64,000 bases of DNA from Malacoraja senta (Eukaryota): NCBI GenBank assembly GCA_038087875.1, contig CM075988.1:16990001-17054000 (forward strand). The letters are read 5' to 3'. Both the position numbers and the translations under genes were made by a program. Under the pieces are notes generated by a model, which saw nothing but the letters and a program-made list of their open reading frames with translations, searched no databases and was not told where the DNA came from. This document shows positions 1-12,180 of the stretch, in pieces; the stretch's first letter is position 1, and each line of letters opens with the position of its first letter.

Positions 1-341
1 GACCCGCTAGAGGCAGGAAACATGTTCCTGATGTTGGGGGAATCCAGAACCAGGGGCACAGTTTAAGAATAAGGAGTAAGCCATTTAGAACGGAGACGAG
101 GAAACACTTTTTCACACAGAGAGTTGTGAGTCTGTGGAATTCTCTGCCTCAGAGGGTGGTGGAGGCCAGTTCTCTGGATACTTTCAAGAGAGAGCTAGAT
201 AGGGCTCTTAAAGATAGCGGAGTCAGGGGATATGGGGAGAAGGCAGGAACTGATTGTGGATGATCAGCCATGATCACATTGAATGGTGGTACTGGCTCGA
301 TGGGCTGAATGGCCTACTCCTGCACCTATTGTCTATTGTCT
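1..341 (+). mobile_element. CR1/HER1 LINE 3' end
   Basis: FFTQRVVSLWNSLP-type ORF end; 3' UTR gatcagccatgatc; (CTATTGT)n tail. Confidence 0.9.
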
Positions 342-737
342 ACTGTTACCTTTCACATGTGACATTAAACCCCCCCCCCCCTCAGTCTTATTAGTACAGG
401 TGTCAGAGGTTATGGGGAGAAGGCAGGAGAATAGGGTTAGGAGGGAGAGATAATTAGCCATGACTGAATGGCAGAATAGACTTGATGGGCCGAATGGCCT
501 AATTCTCATCCTATCACCTGATCTTATGATCTCATCTGCCCTCTGAGGGGACATTGAGAACCCCATTTGATGAAGACCAAGGATATTCATCGGCTGATAT
601 CACTGACATACCCTGTCCATTTATGGGAAGCTAACTATACGAGTTGAATATTCAGCTTCCTAAAATATACTTTAAAAGTGGTGATCAATTCCTTTAGAAT
701 ATTTAGAGCTTGCAAGGCTTTATGGGAAGGTACGCCA

Positions 738-912
738 CAAAGTGGTGGAGTAACTCAGGCAGCATCTCTGGAAGATATGCAAAAGGAACATTTTGGGTCG
801 GAATCCTTCTTCGGACTGAAGAAGTCAGAAGAAAGTGCCTGACCTGCTGAGTTACTCCAGTGTTTTGTGTCTACCTTCGGTGTAAACCAGCATCTGCAGT
901 TCCTTCCTACAC
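738..912. mobile_element. Degenerate Penelope-derived fold-back. Similar copies near 14000-14122, 15255-15420, 15486-15617, 22387-22531, 32497-32620, 39060-39190, 41388-41590, 43864-43955, 51203-51350, 53393-53590, 54345-54450
   Basis: Shared core tgctggagtaactcagc...gcagcatctctggaga...cccttcttcaga on either strand. Confidence 0.7.
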
Positions 913-1640
913 GGAAAACTGAAGGTATTTTGTTTCTCATTCTTTCAATATTTTTGATTATTACTTCTTACAACAACAAAAAAGAAAGGGCTTAAAGCCA
1001 TTGAATTGCAATGGAAGGGAAAATGGAATCGAACAAGAAATCATCAGAGCTACCAGTCAAACCTCCAAACATCGCTGCAAAGGCACCAAAGGTGGGAGAA
1101 AAGAAGGCATTTTCCCAACCTCAATAATTACCCCGGACATAGAACAAGACTTCCGATACCCCAACTCCAAATCCCAAAACTACCCGAGATGACCTCCCCT
1201 CTTCCCTTCCTAGACCACCGCTACTGCTTTTTGCATGAGAGTGCCTCTCAAGACCAACACAATTACCCAAAATAGCATCAACAACTTGGCCTCATCGTAG
1301 TCATTGGCTTTGATTCAATAACTCGGTGCACGAGACACGACAGTGTGAATAAATGAAGGGGAAATGTGGTAATGCACTCAAATGCCTGTCGGCCCATTTC
1401 TCAATGGAGTAGACTCATGGCCAAAGGCCCTGTTTCCATGCTGCATCTTTCAAGCAACACCACCAGATAATTGCTTAAAACCCATGTTTTTAGGTTTGTG
1501 GCCAGGTTTCAGTATGTTACTATGTTGTTCGGTGAAGGGAATCTGTTATTTACCTAGTCTGATCCCAGTGACTCATAGCACCCCCTCAAATGTGTTATCA
1601 AGCCATTTGGCTTAGAGATACAAAGGTTTGTACGATTTAT

Positions 1641-1718
1641 GTAGATATGGAAGTAGTGGGCTGAAGGGCCTGTTTCAGTGTAGATATGGAAATAGTGGGC
1701 TGAAGGGCCTGTTTCAAT
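1641..1718 (+). repeat. 39-bp tandem duplication within a LINE/SINE tail
   Basis: gtagatatggaa(g/a)tagtgggctgaagggcctgtttca twice. Confidence 0.9.
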
Positions 1719-3214
1719 GCTGTATAATTCTATGACCTCAACCCATGTATGTTGGCTATTGTCTCTCTGTCAATAGAAGCAACTTAACCTTTTTTACCTA
1801 ACCAAGATTTTTCTCTCAGCCTTCTCTGATGTAAACTAAACAATATTTGTTTTTTCTGGTCTCGCAACTAGTATTATTTTAGAAAATAATTTACACACAC
1901 AAGGTTTCTCATCTGAGAAATTACTATCTTTGTTCATCAGACACGGTTTGATTTGCTGTGTATTTGTGATTACTTATGCACGGGAGAACTGCAGCGGGAT
2001 TTCCCATTTCCAATTTGGGACATTGTCATAAAATGTAAGTGAAATGAATTATTTTAATGTCAGAAAATAAATGTTCCATGTGGTGTTGCAGTAAAGCACC
2101 CACTCACTGGATGGCATCTAACAATGCAATATTCCCCAGTACTACATTTAGATGGCAAATTGCCTTGCGTTCTCAGATCCTGCAGTGGGATGTGAATTCA
2201 AACAGCACTACTCATTGGCAAGTCTTCTCCTGACATTAGAACATAGAAAAGTACAGCAGAGGAGCAGCCAATTCAGCCCACGATGTCTGTGCCAGACACC
2301 ATGCCCCAAGGTATTTGGAGCGATATGGACCAAACGCGGGACTAGTGTAGCTGGGACATGTTCGCCAGTGTAGGCAAGTTGGGCCGAAGGGCCTGTTTCC
2401 ATGCTGTGTCACTCTGTGACTCTATAAACTAATTTCCTCTGCCTGCACATGATCTATATCCATCCATTCCCTGCATATCCATGCACCCATCCAAATGCCT
2501 CTCAAATGTCATTAACGTATCTGCCTCCACCACCTCTCCGGCATTGTATTCCAGGCACTCACCACCCTCTGTGTAAAAAAAAACTTGCCCAGCACACCTC
2601 CTTAAAATATTGGTCATATTCATGCAAAAGGAAGAATTCCCAAAATAAACCTTTATTTGGATTCCATCCTCGAGTCTAAAAATTTGATAAATATTTCTCC
2701 TCCACCACAAATAACATGATGTATAAACCATAATTGGGTGCCTCACCATGGATGTTAGCCTCCAGTGCTTTCCAGAATGACACAGAAATAGAATGGCTTC
2801 TGGTCGAATCAATTCCTGAATTATTTCTTTCTTTGCTAATCCAGGATTAGTCTAGAAACGGATTAATCTCCTAAACTCTTTTTGGCATCACTAGCAACAA
2901 AGATAATAGGGGCATTTAAAACAATCATGTGCTTTTTTTCCCTTCATTTTCTTTGAATGTTGTAATTTGCTAATCAGAAGATTTCATTTGCTGAGTGAAT
3001 ATTTGGAGTTGGAGAATTTGGGAAGATTTTGAAGATGAATTCATCAGGTATACATGTTGATCATTGGCAACCCTCAGTGCAACAGGTAATTCTGGGTTTA
3101 ACCGGCAAAATACAGGTGGCGGATATATGCTCGAGGTCTACTAATTTGTCTGTCAGTCAACAGTTTCATTTTTTTAATAAACAATGTAAACAAGATGAGA
3201 ACAAAAATGATTGT

Positions 3215-3635
3215 TCATAAATTCATGTTATAAGGAGCAGAATTAGGCAATTCGGCCTATTCAGTCTATTCCGCCATTCAATCATGACTGATCTATCTTT
3301 CCCTCTCAACCCCATTCTCCTGCCTTCTCTCCATGACTCCTGACACCCTTACTGATCAAGAACCTGTCAATCTCCGCCTTAAACATAGCCATTGACGGCC
3401 TCCACAGCCTTCTGCGGCAATGAATTCCACAGATTCACCAACCTGTGACTAAAGAAATCATAAGATTCTGAGACTATGACCTCTAGACCTAGGCTCTCCC
3501 ACTAATGGAAACATCCTCTCCACATCCACTCTATCCAAGCCTTTCACTATTCTGTAGGTTTCATTGAGGTCCCCCTCATTCTTCTAAACTCCAGCGAGTA
3601 CAGGCCCAGTGCCGTCAAACGCTCATCATATGTTA
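3215..3635 (-). mobile_element. CR1 LINE 3' fragment
   Basis: Reverse complement of the CR1 ORF end and UTR. Confidence 0.8.
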
Positions 3636-3854
3636 ATGATGTCCATCCTGTCCAAGCAACATTGTATCTCGCCTCTAACAAGTTACACTTCTGCTGGTGA
3701 CAGCACCCTGGCCTTCTTATCGCTTGTTAACCTTCGGACAATCTTTGACTCCTGACAAGCTGTCCTGGCGTACCTCTTTCATTGGATCTTTTTATTCTTC
3801 ATTCAAGTGTGGACTTCAAGTGGCAATTTAATGTCCATCCCTAAATGCTCCTGG

Positions 3855-4513
3855 TACAGCAGGCAGTGAAGAAAGTGAATGGCATGTTGGCCTTTAAACA
3901 AGAGGAGTTGGGTATAGGAGCAAAGAGGTCCTTCTGCAGTTGTACAGGGCCCTAGTGAGACCACACCTGGTGTATTGTATGCAGTTTTGGTCTCCAAATT
4001 TGAGGAAGGACATTCTTGCTATGGAGGGAGTGCAGCGTAGGTTCACAAGGTTAATTCCCGGGATGGCGGGACTGTCATATGCTGAGAGAATGGAGTGGCT
4101 GGGCTTGTATACTCTGGAATTTAGAAGGATGAGAGGGGATCGTATTGAGACATATAAGATTATTAAGGGTTTGGAAAAGCTAGAGGCAGGAAACATGTTC
4201 CCAATGTTGGGGGAGTCCAGAATCAGCAGCCACAGTTTAAGAATAAGGGGTAAGCCATTTAGAATGGAGATGAGGAAACACATTTTCACACAGAGAGTTG
4301 TGAGTCTGTGGAATTCTCTGTCTCAGAGGGCGGTGGAGGCCGGTTCTCTGGAAACTTTCACGAGAGAGCTAGATAGGGCTCTTGAAGATAGCAGAGTCAG
4401 GGGATATGGGGAGAAGGCAGGAAGGGGGTACTGATTGTGGATGATCAGCCATGATCACATTGAATGGTGGTGCTGGCTTGAAGGCCTCCTCCTGCACCTA
4501 TTGTCTATTGTCT
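3855..4513 (+). mobile_element. CR1/HER1 LINE 3' fragment
   Basis: ORF 3940-4434 (LYRALVRPHL..QFWSP..VQRRFTR..WNSL); tail repeat. Confidence 0.92.
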
Positions 4514-5763
4514 AATTGAGGGGGCAGGTAAGAGTCAGTTGGCGAGTCTGGCGTCGCAGAGAGGCCGGCTTGGGTAAGGATGGCAGATCCACGTCCCTGT
4601 AGGACATTGGTGATCATATTTATTTTTACAACAATCCAATTGTTTCACGGTCGTCCATACCGAGACTAGCTCAAAACTCTCTTTTATACAATTGCAGGTA
4701 TCTCCCGATTAACAAAAGGGTTGCGTCCCTGAGGAAGGCTTCAGGTAACAGGAGGCAGCTTTCCGCTATTTCCTAGAGAACGAACCCCTTTTGGTACCTG
4801 GTGCTAAGACAGTGGTGGTGGAGAAAATGGAGGAGAAAATGGAGCAGACAAGAGGTTGAACAAGCAGTGGTTACCAGTAGGTTTCCCATGGATCTGGTTC
4901 ACTGACCCGTCAGGTCTACTCTGCCTGTATCTCACACTGGGCACTCTTTGCCCTCCCAGCTGGAGTTGTTCCTGACCTAGTACCATCATCGTGTGGGCAC
5001 TAACTCCCAAACCGGCTGCCCGCTGCCTGATGTCAATGAACTCCTGCCAATGGTCCTCAAGACGGCACTTTGTTGCCTGACCATGCAGTGCGATGAGGAG
5101 TTTATTTTGTGTGTGGTGGCATCCCGAGAAGTGAAAGACCTTCCCCACAGCCCACTGCAGCGAGAGGATGAGACTAAAGAGCGAAGCTTTGTTAAGCAAA
5201 TGTTCACTAGCCAGGGGAGACCAGTAATCGCATTTAAATTCTCCAGCTGCCAGGATGGGATTCAAACTCATGCCTCAGGCTCAAAGGTCCAGAACTCTGG
5301 CTGCTTGTCCAATAATTTTCATTCGTTGTTTCCAACGTCTGCCACAGAGGTAAGGAAACAAACCCTTCAACCCCCAGAGTCTGTGCCGACCAGCAATCAC
5401 TCAATGACACCAATCCCACATTCTCATCGATGCCCCTCACATTCTATCATTTACCTACATGATTTACAGCAGCTAATTAACTTCCCAGTTCACAAGTCCT
5501 TGGGGTGAGGTATAAAATCAGACTGCGCAGAGGAATCCCATGCAGTTATAGAGTCTCAGAGTCATAGAGTGATACAGCATGGATACAAGCCCTTCAGCCC
5601 AATTTGCCCACACCGGCCAACATGCCCCATCTACACTAGTCCACTTGCCTGCATTTGGCCCATATCCCTCTAAACGTGTTCTGTTGATGTACCCGTGTTG
5701 GAGGGAGAATGTACAATCTGCACACATGGAGCAATGGAGATCAGGATCGAACCAGGTCTCTTA

Positions 5764-6317
5764 AGGCTCTGTCTTACGTGTTTACGGTCATCGGCGGTGA
5801 AGCGCGGCTTCGCCTGTAGAGTGGACCGCACGGCAACGGCGAGAGCACCGAGCCTATGCCACGGGAGCGCCGCACGGATGCTGCGCGGGGGCCGAGTGAT
5901 TCAAATACGGCTGGTCCCACGTGCTTGCGGTAAGTAAAAAAAAGGGCGGGCCGACTGCGATGACGTCGGCCCGCCGCACGTGACTCACCAGCGGCGGCTG
6001 TGGCGGTGGCTGTGCCAGCGGCCGTGCCGCACACGTGCCTCACTGGCAGAGGCTGTGGCGGTGCAAGTTCGACGCACGCCGCTCGAGCCACACTGGCGGC
6101 GGCTGTGGCGGCGGCCGTGCCGCACTCGTGCATCACTGGTGGAGGCTGTGCGGTAGGAAAATATTTTTCAACAGTGTAGGTTTTATTTTAGCACCGTGCG
6201 GTGTTGGGAACAACGCCGCACGGCCCCGGAATTGTGCGTTCTCACGAGTGCGCGGTCTATGGCGGCAGATTCTTCCCGTTTCGCCGCCAATGACCGCAGA
6301 CTCGTGAGACAGGCCTT
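5764..6317. mobile_element. GC-rich PIF/Harbinger-type MITE inserted in an HE1 SINE
   Basis: Imperfect ~40-bp TIRs (aggctctgtcttacgtgtttacggtcatcggcgg / ccgccaatgaccgcagactcgtgagacaggcctt); TTA/TAA flanks; internal tandem repeats. Confidence 0.78.
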
Positions 6318-6737
6318 TAACACTGTGAGGCAGCAGCTCCACCAGCTCGGTCACCTATCCACCCATATTTAACACCAAATGCCTGATAATACTTGCCCTC
6401 GTGTCCTGCAATGCTGTGATTTAAATGTGACCAGGTAAAATAGAATCCATTTTAATTTAGTGAACCCATCAGACTTTTATGAACATCCTTTCACCTCATG
6501 GTAACCATTAATGATACAAGCCCTTCATTCCAGACTTTTTAATTAATTTGATTTAAATTCCCAGCTGCTGTTGTTATATTTGAACTCGTATCACTGGATC
6601 ACCAGTTGAGGCCTTTAGAAGCCTATTAACCTTTACGTTACCATAGCCCTGGGAAAGACTGCTGGGCACTTCAAAGATATATATACCCTAAATTGTGACA
6701 AGGGGTTTTAATAATCACAGTTCATCAGGAAGGACTG

Positions 6738-7266
6738 AATTTGAGGAAGGACATTCTTGCTATTGAGGGAGTACAGCGTAGGTTTATAAGGTTAATTCCC
6801 GGGATGGCGGGACTGTCATCTGCTGAGAGAATGGAGTGGTTGGATTTGTATAATCTGGAGTTTAGAAGGATGAGAGGGCATCTTATTGAAACATATAAGA
6901 TTATTAAGGGTTTGGTCAAGCTAGAGGCAGGAAACATGTTGCCGATGTTAGGGGAGTCCAGAACCAGGGACCACAGTTTAAGAATAAGGGGTAAGCAATT
7001 TAGAACGGAGACGAGGAAACACTTTTTCACACAGAGAGTTGTGAGTCTGTGGAATTCTCTGCCTCAGAGGGCAGTGGAGGCAGGTTCTCTGGATACTTTC
7101 AAGAGAGAGCTAGATAGGGCTCTTAAAGATAGCGGAGTCAGGGGATATGGGGATAAGGCAGGAACGGGGTACTGATTGGGGATGATCAGCCATGATCACA
7201 TTGAATGGCGGTGCTGGCTCTAAGGACAGAGTGGCCTACTCCTGCACCTGTTGTCTATTGTCTATT
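6738..7266 (+). mobile_element. CR1/HER1 LINE 3' fragment
   Basis: ORF 6741-7175 and tail. Confidence 0.92.
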
Positions 7267-7345
7267 AGCAACAAACACTCATTGCAACTCCAAATACGAC
7301 ACAAAACAAAGGACTCAGATCTAGAAATACAACATTGAATCCAGG

Positions 7346-7650
7346 AGCAGTGGTATAGTTGCTGCCTTACAGTGCCAGGGACCCGGGTTCGATCCTGACC
7401 ATGGCTGTTGTCTGTACGGAGTTTGTATTTTCTCCCTGTGAGACTGCGTGGGTTTTCTATGGGTGCTCCGGTTTCCTCCCACACTCCAGAGACTTACAGA
7501 TTTGTAGGTTAATTGGCTTCAGTAAAATTATAAATTGTCCCTAGTGTGTGTAGGTTAGTGTTAGTGTGTGGAGATCGCTGGTCGGCAGCGACTCAGTGGG
7601 CTGAAGGGCCTGTTTCTACGCTGTATCTCTAAACTAAACTAAACAAAACT
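7346..7650 (+). mobile_element. HE1-type tRNA-derived SINE. Plus-strand copies also at ~13285-13560, 21890-22182, 25215-25450, 41800-42112, 63492-63790
   Basis: A-box-like head, B box ggttcgatcc, central gggtgctccggtttcctcccacac, gaagggcctgtttc tail with (CTAAA)n. Confidence 0.88.
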
Positions 7651-8471
7651 AGCCATAGCCTTGGAAAAGACTGCTGGGCACTTCAAAGATATCAACGCTA
7701 GATTGTGGAAAGGGGTTTTAATAATCACTGATCACCAACAAATGCTCATTGCAACTTCAAAAGCTGCTCAACACAAAGGACTCAGATCCTGCAATACAAC
7801 AGTGAATCTGGGCTACATCTGTACCATCCGAAGCCAGATGTGGCATTTGTGAATAATTCCTCGTGAGCACTGTTCTTCAGAAAGCCTGGGTACAGATCTT
7901 TGTTCTGCATGCAACTTTTCGATGAACAGACCAATTACACAAGGACTGTTCCTCAAGGGTATGGAGAACATCAAAGGACATGCCAGATAACAAAGGGATT
8001 TCCGTCTTCTGAAGTCTAACTGCTTTGCTACTGATCGCAAAAGGCTATCTGGATTAAGGCGTTCTATCAATAATTTTCCATGAACAGGAACATACATATT
8101 GTGCTGTCTAAGCGATCAACTAGAATTTGGTCAATGTTGACTATCACTGACAAGCTTTCCCAAAGCAGTTTATTTGATTACTGAATAAACATTATTTCAT
8201 GAAACAGCATCAATAATTTAGCAGTATTGATAAGCTGTTCATCAGGGACGTATGGGCATCAGTCATTCTCATACAAATTGAAGTTCTAATATAAACTGAC
8301 CAATATATTCTTGAAGGCATCGATGGATAGTTTATCTGAACTAATGCATTATCAAGTGTTATCAAATTACCCCTGCACTGTTTATGGCTCCCCGAATTCA
8401 CACTGCAAATTTGCACAGGAACATATTGATCTTAAATATCTCCTGGTCTTGCTTATTTTCTATTTTAGTCA

Positions 8472-8772
8472 TTTTAGTTTAGTTTAGAGATACAGCGCAG
8501 AAACCCACCGAGTCCGCGCCGACCAGCGATCCCCGCACATGAACACTATCCTACACTCGGACAATTTTTACATTTATACCAAGCCAACTAACCTACAAAC
8601 CTGCACATCTTTGGAGTGTGGAAGGAAACCGAAGATGTCGGAGAAAACCCACGCAGGTCACAGGGTGAATGTACAAACTCCGTACAGACAGCACCCGTAG
8701 TCAGGATCAAAGCCAGGTCTCTGGCGCTATAAGCACTGTGAGGCAGCAACTCTACCGCTGCGCCACCGTGCT
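8472..8772 (-). mobile_element. HE1-type SINE. Minus-strand copies also at ~8885-9213, 12181-12440, 19145-19362, 31963-32250, 34053-34352, 39890-40020, 40870-41170, 45150-45410, 50593-50845, 61825-61975
   Basis: Reverse complement of the same SINE with (TTTAG)n. Confidence 0.88.
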
Positions 8773-10276
8773 GCGCTGTGAGCCACCATGCCGCCTTATT
8801 CTGCTGTTAAGTCTCAGGCAGGTGCTTTGTACCTCCAATGTCTCTTTGTCACAAGAGATGAATAATAATCTTGACAGTTTCGTAGTTTAGTTTAGAGATA
8901 CAACATGGAAACAGGCCCTTCGGCCCACCGAGTCCACACTGACCAATGATCACCTGTTCATACTAGTCCTATGTTATCCCCCTTTCACAACCTACCCACT
9001 GGGCGCAATTTATAGAAGCCAATTAACCTACACGTGGGATAATTGGCTTCTATAATTGGCTTCTATTGGGACGTGGGAAGAAACTGAAGCATTCAAAGAA
9101 AACCCATGTGGTCACATGGAGAATGTGAAAACTCCATACAGAGAGCACCCATGGTCAGATCAAACCCAGGTCTCTGACGCTGTGAGACAGCAGCTCTACC
9201 GCTGCACCACTGTTTTTGCTATGTCTTGTCCAAATTCAAGACTGCCAGGTTAGTGACGTTAAAAGATGTGGCAGATGCTCAGGTAAATTGAGCTAAGGTT
9301 GACAACGCTCTTGTACATTGAACCACATCAACAAAATCTGAACAAACTATTTATAACCACCAACTCTAATCAACAATCACAGTTTATTAAGTGAGAAGTA
9401 AAGACAAGGACATTCTGGCAATTTCGTCTGAGCGTTTTGTTTAGTGCATGGCCAGTATCTAAAAGCTCTGACAAAGAGAGTTGCCATCTGTAAGCATTCA
9501 TGGACAGGTAATGACTCTTCAAGTGGCTGAGACACAAAACTACCCCAATACCAAGCTCGCTCAGAGGGCCCAGAGAATGGCAGTAGTCATAAAGACATGA
9601 ATGACAGTCCTATCTTGTACAATCTTCACCTTTGCAATGAGTGTGTTTGTCCATTGTTGACCTTGCCTCTTCACCAGTCAAATCATTGACATCTCTCACC
9701 CTGGTTTACACGAAATATGTTTGAAAACTTGTGGAAATAATATTTAACTATATGTTAGTCGCCGAGCATGTAGCTCTCTGTATCCAGTTAAATGAACAAA
9801 TTTGGCCAATTTCCATGGGAAAGGATCCAAATTTGCCACGCTGCTTGCCAACTGTATTAAGTAAACTTGCAAAGCAAACGGTTGCATTGTGCTACTAACA
9901 GCTTACATTCCCCCACTTCATTAAGGCATCACGTGTGAACAGAATGACACAGCTGGTAGAGCCACTGCCTCAGAGCCCCAGAGACCTGGGCTCGCTCCTA
10001 ACCTCGGGTGCTGTCTGTGCGGAGTTTGCACGTTCCCCCTGCGATGGGCGACGCTTCGGGTCAGAACCCTTCTTCAGACCACAGAGGCTTAATTGTGCTG
10101 TGCAAAATTAGAAAGATCCTTGAACGAGTAGATTTAAAGGACAGATTTTCCTTGGCAGAGAGGCCAAAACCAGGGGTATCCATTTAGAGTAGAGTATTTG
10201 CAGGCAGCTCAATGTCAAGCAATGCATTGGTAGCAGGTGAGACACATTATTACACCGTAAATACTTATTGTATGGC

Positions 10277-10816
10277 AAATCTGAGGAAGGACATTATAGC
10301 CATAGAGGGAGTGCAGAGAAGGTTCACCAGACTGATTCCTGGGATGTCAGGACTTTCATATGAAGAAAGACTGGATAGACTTGGCTTATACTCGCTAGAA
10401 TTTAGGAGATTGAGAGGGGATCTTATAGAAACGTACAAAATTCTTATGGGGTTGGACAGGCTAGATGCAGGAAGATTGTTCCCGATGTTGGGGAAGTCCA
10501 GGACAAGGGGTCACAGCTTAAGGATAAGGGGGAAATCCTTTAAGACCGAGATGAGGAAAAACTTTTTCACACAGAGAGTGGTGAATCTCTGGAACTCTCT
10601 GCCACAGAGGGTAGTTGAGGCCAGTTCATTGGCTATATTTAAGAGGGAGTTAGATGTGGCCCTTGTGGCTAAGGGGATCAGGGGGTATGGAGAGAAGGCA
10701 GGTACGGGATACTGAGTTGGATGATCAGCCATGATCATATTGAATGGCGGTGCAGGCTCGAAGGGCCGAATGGCCTACTCCTGCACCTATTTTCTATGTA
10801 TCTATGTATCTATGTA
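10277..10816 (+). mobile_element. CR1 LINE 3' fragment (young subfamily)
   Basis: ORF to 10715; (CTATGTAT)n tail. Confidence 0.92.
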
Positions 10817-11185
10817 AACCAAATCCGCCCACACAGGAAACAGAGTGTGTTTAAAAGAGAAGGGGAAACATAACCTTCCTCCAATAAATCTACAGCAATT
10901 TCTCCACAAGAATGCATTGAGTGAAGAATAGTTAGTTCTACATAATGCATAGAATCAATTTTGGTCGTTTACATCAGCATGGTCACACAACGTGATTAAC
11001 GGGGGGAATTAACCAAATGTTACCACTCTGGCTTGCTGTAGTGTTATCAATAACTACAGCTTTAAGGTAATTAGAATTTAGATTAAAGGAGAGATGAGCA
11101 GTATTTTCCCCCAGAGGTGGAGCGTTATTAGAATTAACTGTCTGAAAGGGTGATACAGGCAGAAACCAGTTTTGTACCTAATAGT

Positions 11186-11790
11186 GAAGATAGACACAAA
11201 ATGCTGGAGTAACTCAGCGGGTCAGGCAGCATCTCTGGAGCAAAAAAAAGTGACGTTTCAGGTTGGTACCCTTCTTCAGATTGAGAGTAGATGTGTGGGG
11301 TGGGGGGGGGGGGGAGGAGAGTGGTGAATCTCTGGAACTCTCTGCCACAGAGGGTAGTTGACGCCAGTTCATTGGCTATATTTAAGAGGGAGTTATATGT
11401 GGCCCTTGTGGCTAAAGGGATCAGGGGGTATGGAGAGAAGGCAGGTACGGGATACTGAGTTGGATGATCAGCCATGATCATATTGAATGGCGGTGCAGGC
11501 TCGAAGGGCCGAATGGCCTACTCCTGCACCTATTTTCTATGTATCTATGTATCTATGAGAGGCAAGAAAAGGCCAGAACACATCAAGGCCGACAACAGAT
11601 GGCCTCAGGAAGCGTGGAGCCTACAATGGCCCATTGTTGGCTGGGAAAGGCGTAATAATGAGAGGGAGTCAAAGATGCAAATAGTGGAACAATTAGGGTG
11701 GGTGGGGGTGGGGGATGGTGGGGGAGGGGGGAAATGTAGGAGTTACTTGAAATTAGAGGTCAACAAGTCAACATTCATGCCGCTGGGTTG
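11186..11790 (-). mobile_element. Penelope-like element 3' end (ORF C-terminus QPSGMNVD..SNFK*, 3' UTR, hammerhead-bearing end), interrupted by a CR1 tail
   Basis: The minus strand at ~11740-11790 translates to a typical vertebrate PLE ORF end; degenerate hammerhead at ~11250-11281; CR1 insert at ~11318-11556. Confidence 0.7.
11318..11556 (+). mobile_element. CR1 3' fragment nearly identical to 10576-10814
   Basis: Only a few substitutions by eye; same tail. Confidence 0.9.
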
Positions 11791-11866
11791 TCTGAACATT
11801 TTAAATGCTGCAATCTACAAAGCTGTGGACTACGTCAAGACTCATATAGTTTTAGTATTAGTTTTA

Positions 11867-12180
11867 TGGGCCTGTCCCACTTACGCGACTTTTTTGGCGA
11901 CTGCCGGCACCCGTCATTGGTCGTTACAGGTCGCCGAAAATGTTCAACATGTTGAAAATCCAGTGGCGACCAGAACAAGGTACGACTCTTTGGGCGACTA
12001 CTCACGACCATACAGGCTTCACCCCACGACATGTCGCCAGGGTGTCGCCAGGGTGTCGCCTGTATGGTCGTGAGTCGTCTCCTCAGTCGCCCAAAGAGTT
12101 GGAGCGTCTTTCTGGTCGTCGCTGGATTTTCAACATGTTGCCGAAGTCGTCGAAAAAGTTGCATAAGTGGGACAGGCCCA
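11867..12180. mobile_element. PIF/Harbinger-type MITE
   Basis: TIR tgggcctgtcccactta / taagtgggacaggccca; perfect TTA TSD; inserted in a SINE tail. Confidence 0.88.

Noticed and set aside
5695..6354. GC-rich ORFs or a CpG-island promoter
   Set aside because: Explained by a TIR-bounded MITE.
7346..7420. tRNA gene
   Set aside because: A/B-box-like motifs belong to HE1 SINE heads; no full cloverleaf.
7813..8097. 94-aa minus-strand ORF in non-repeat DNA
   Set aside because: No recognisable homology or convincing splice signals.
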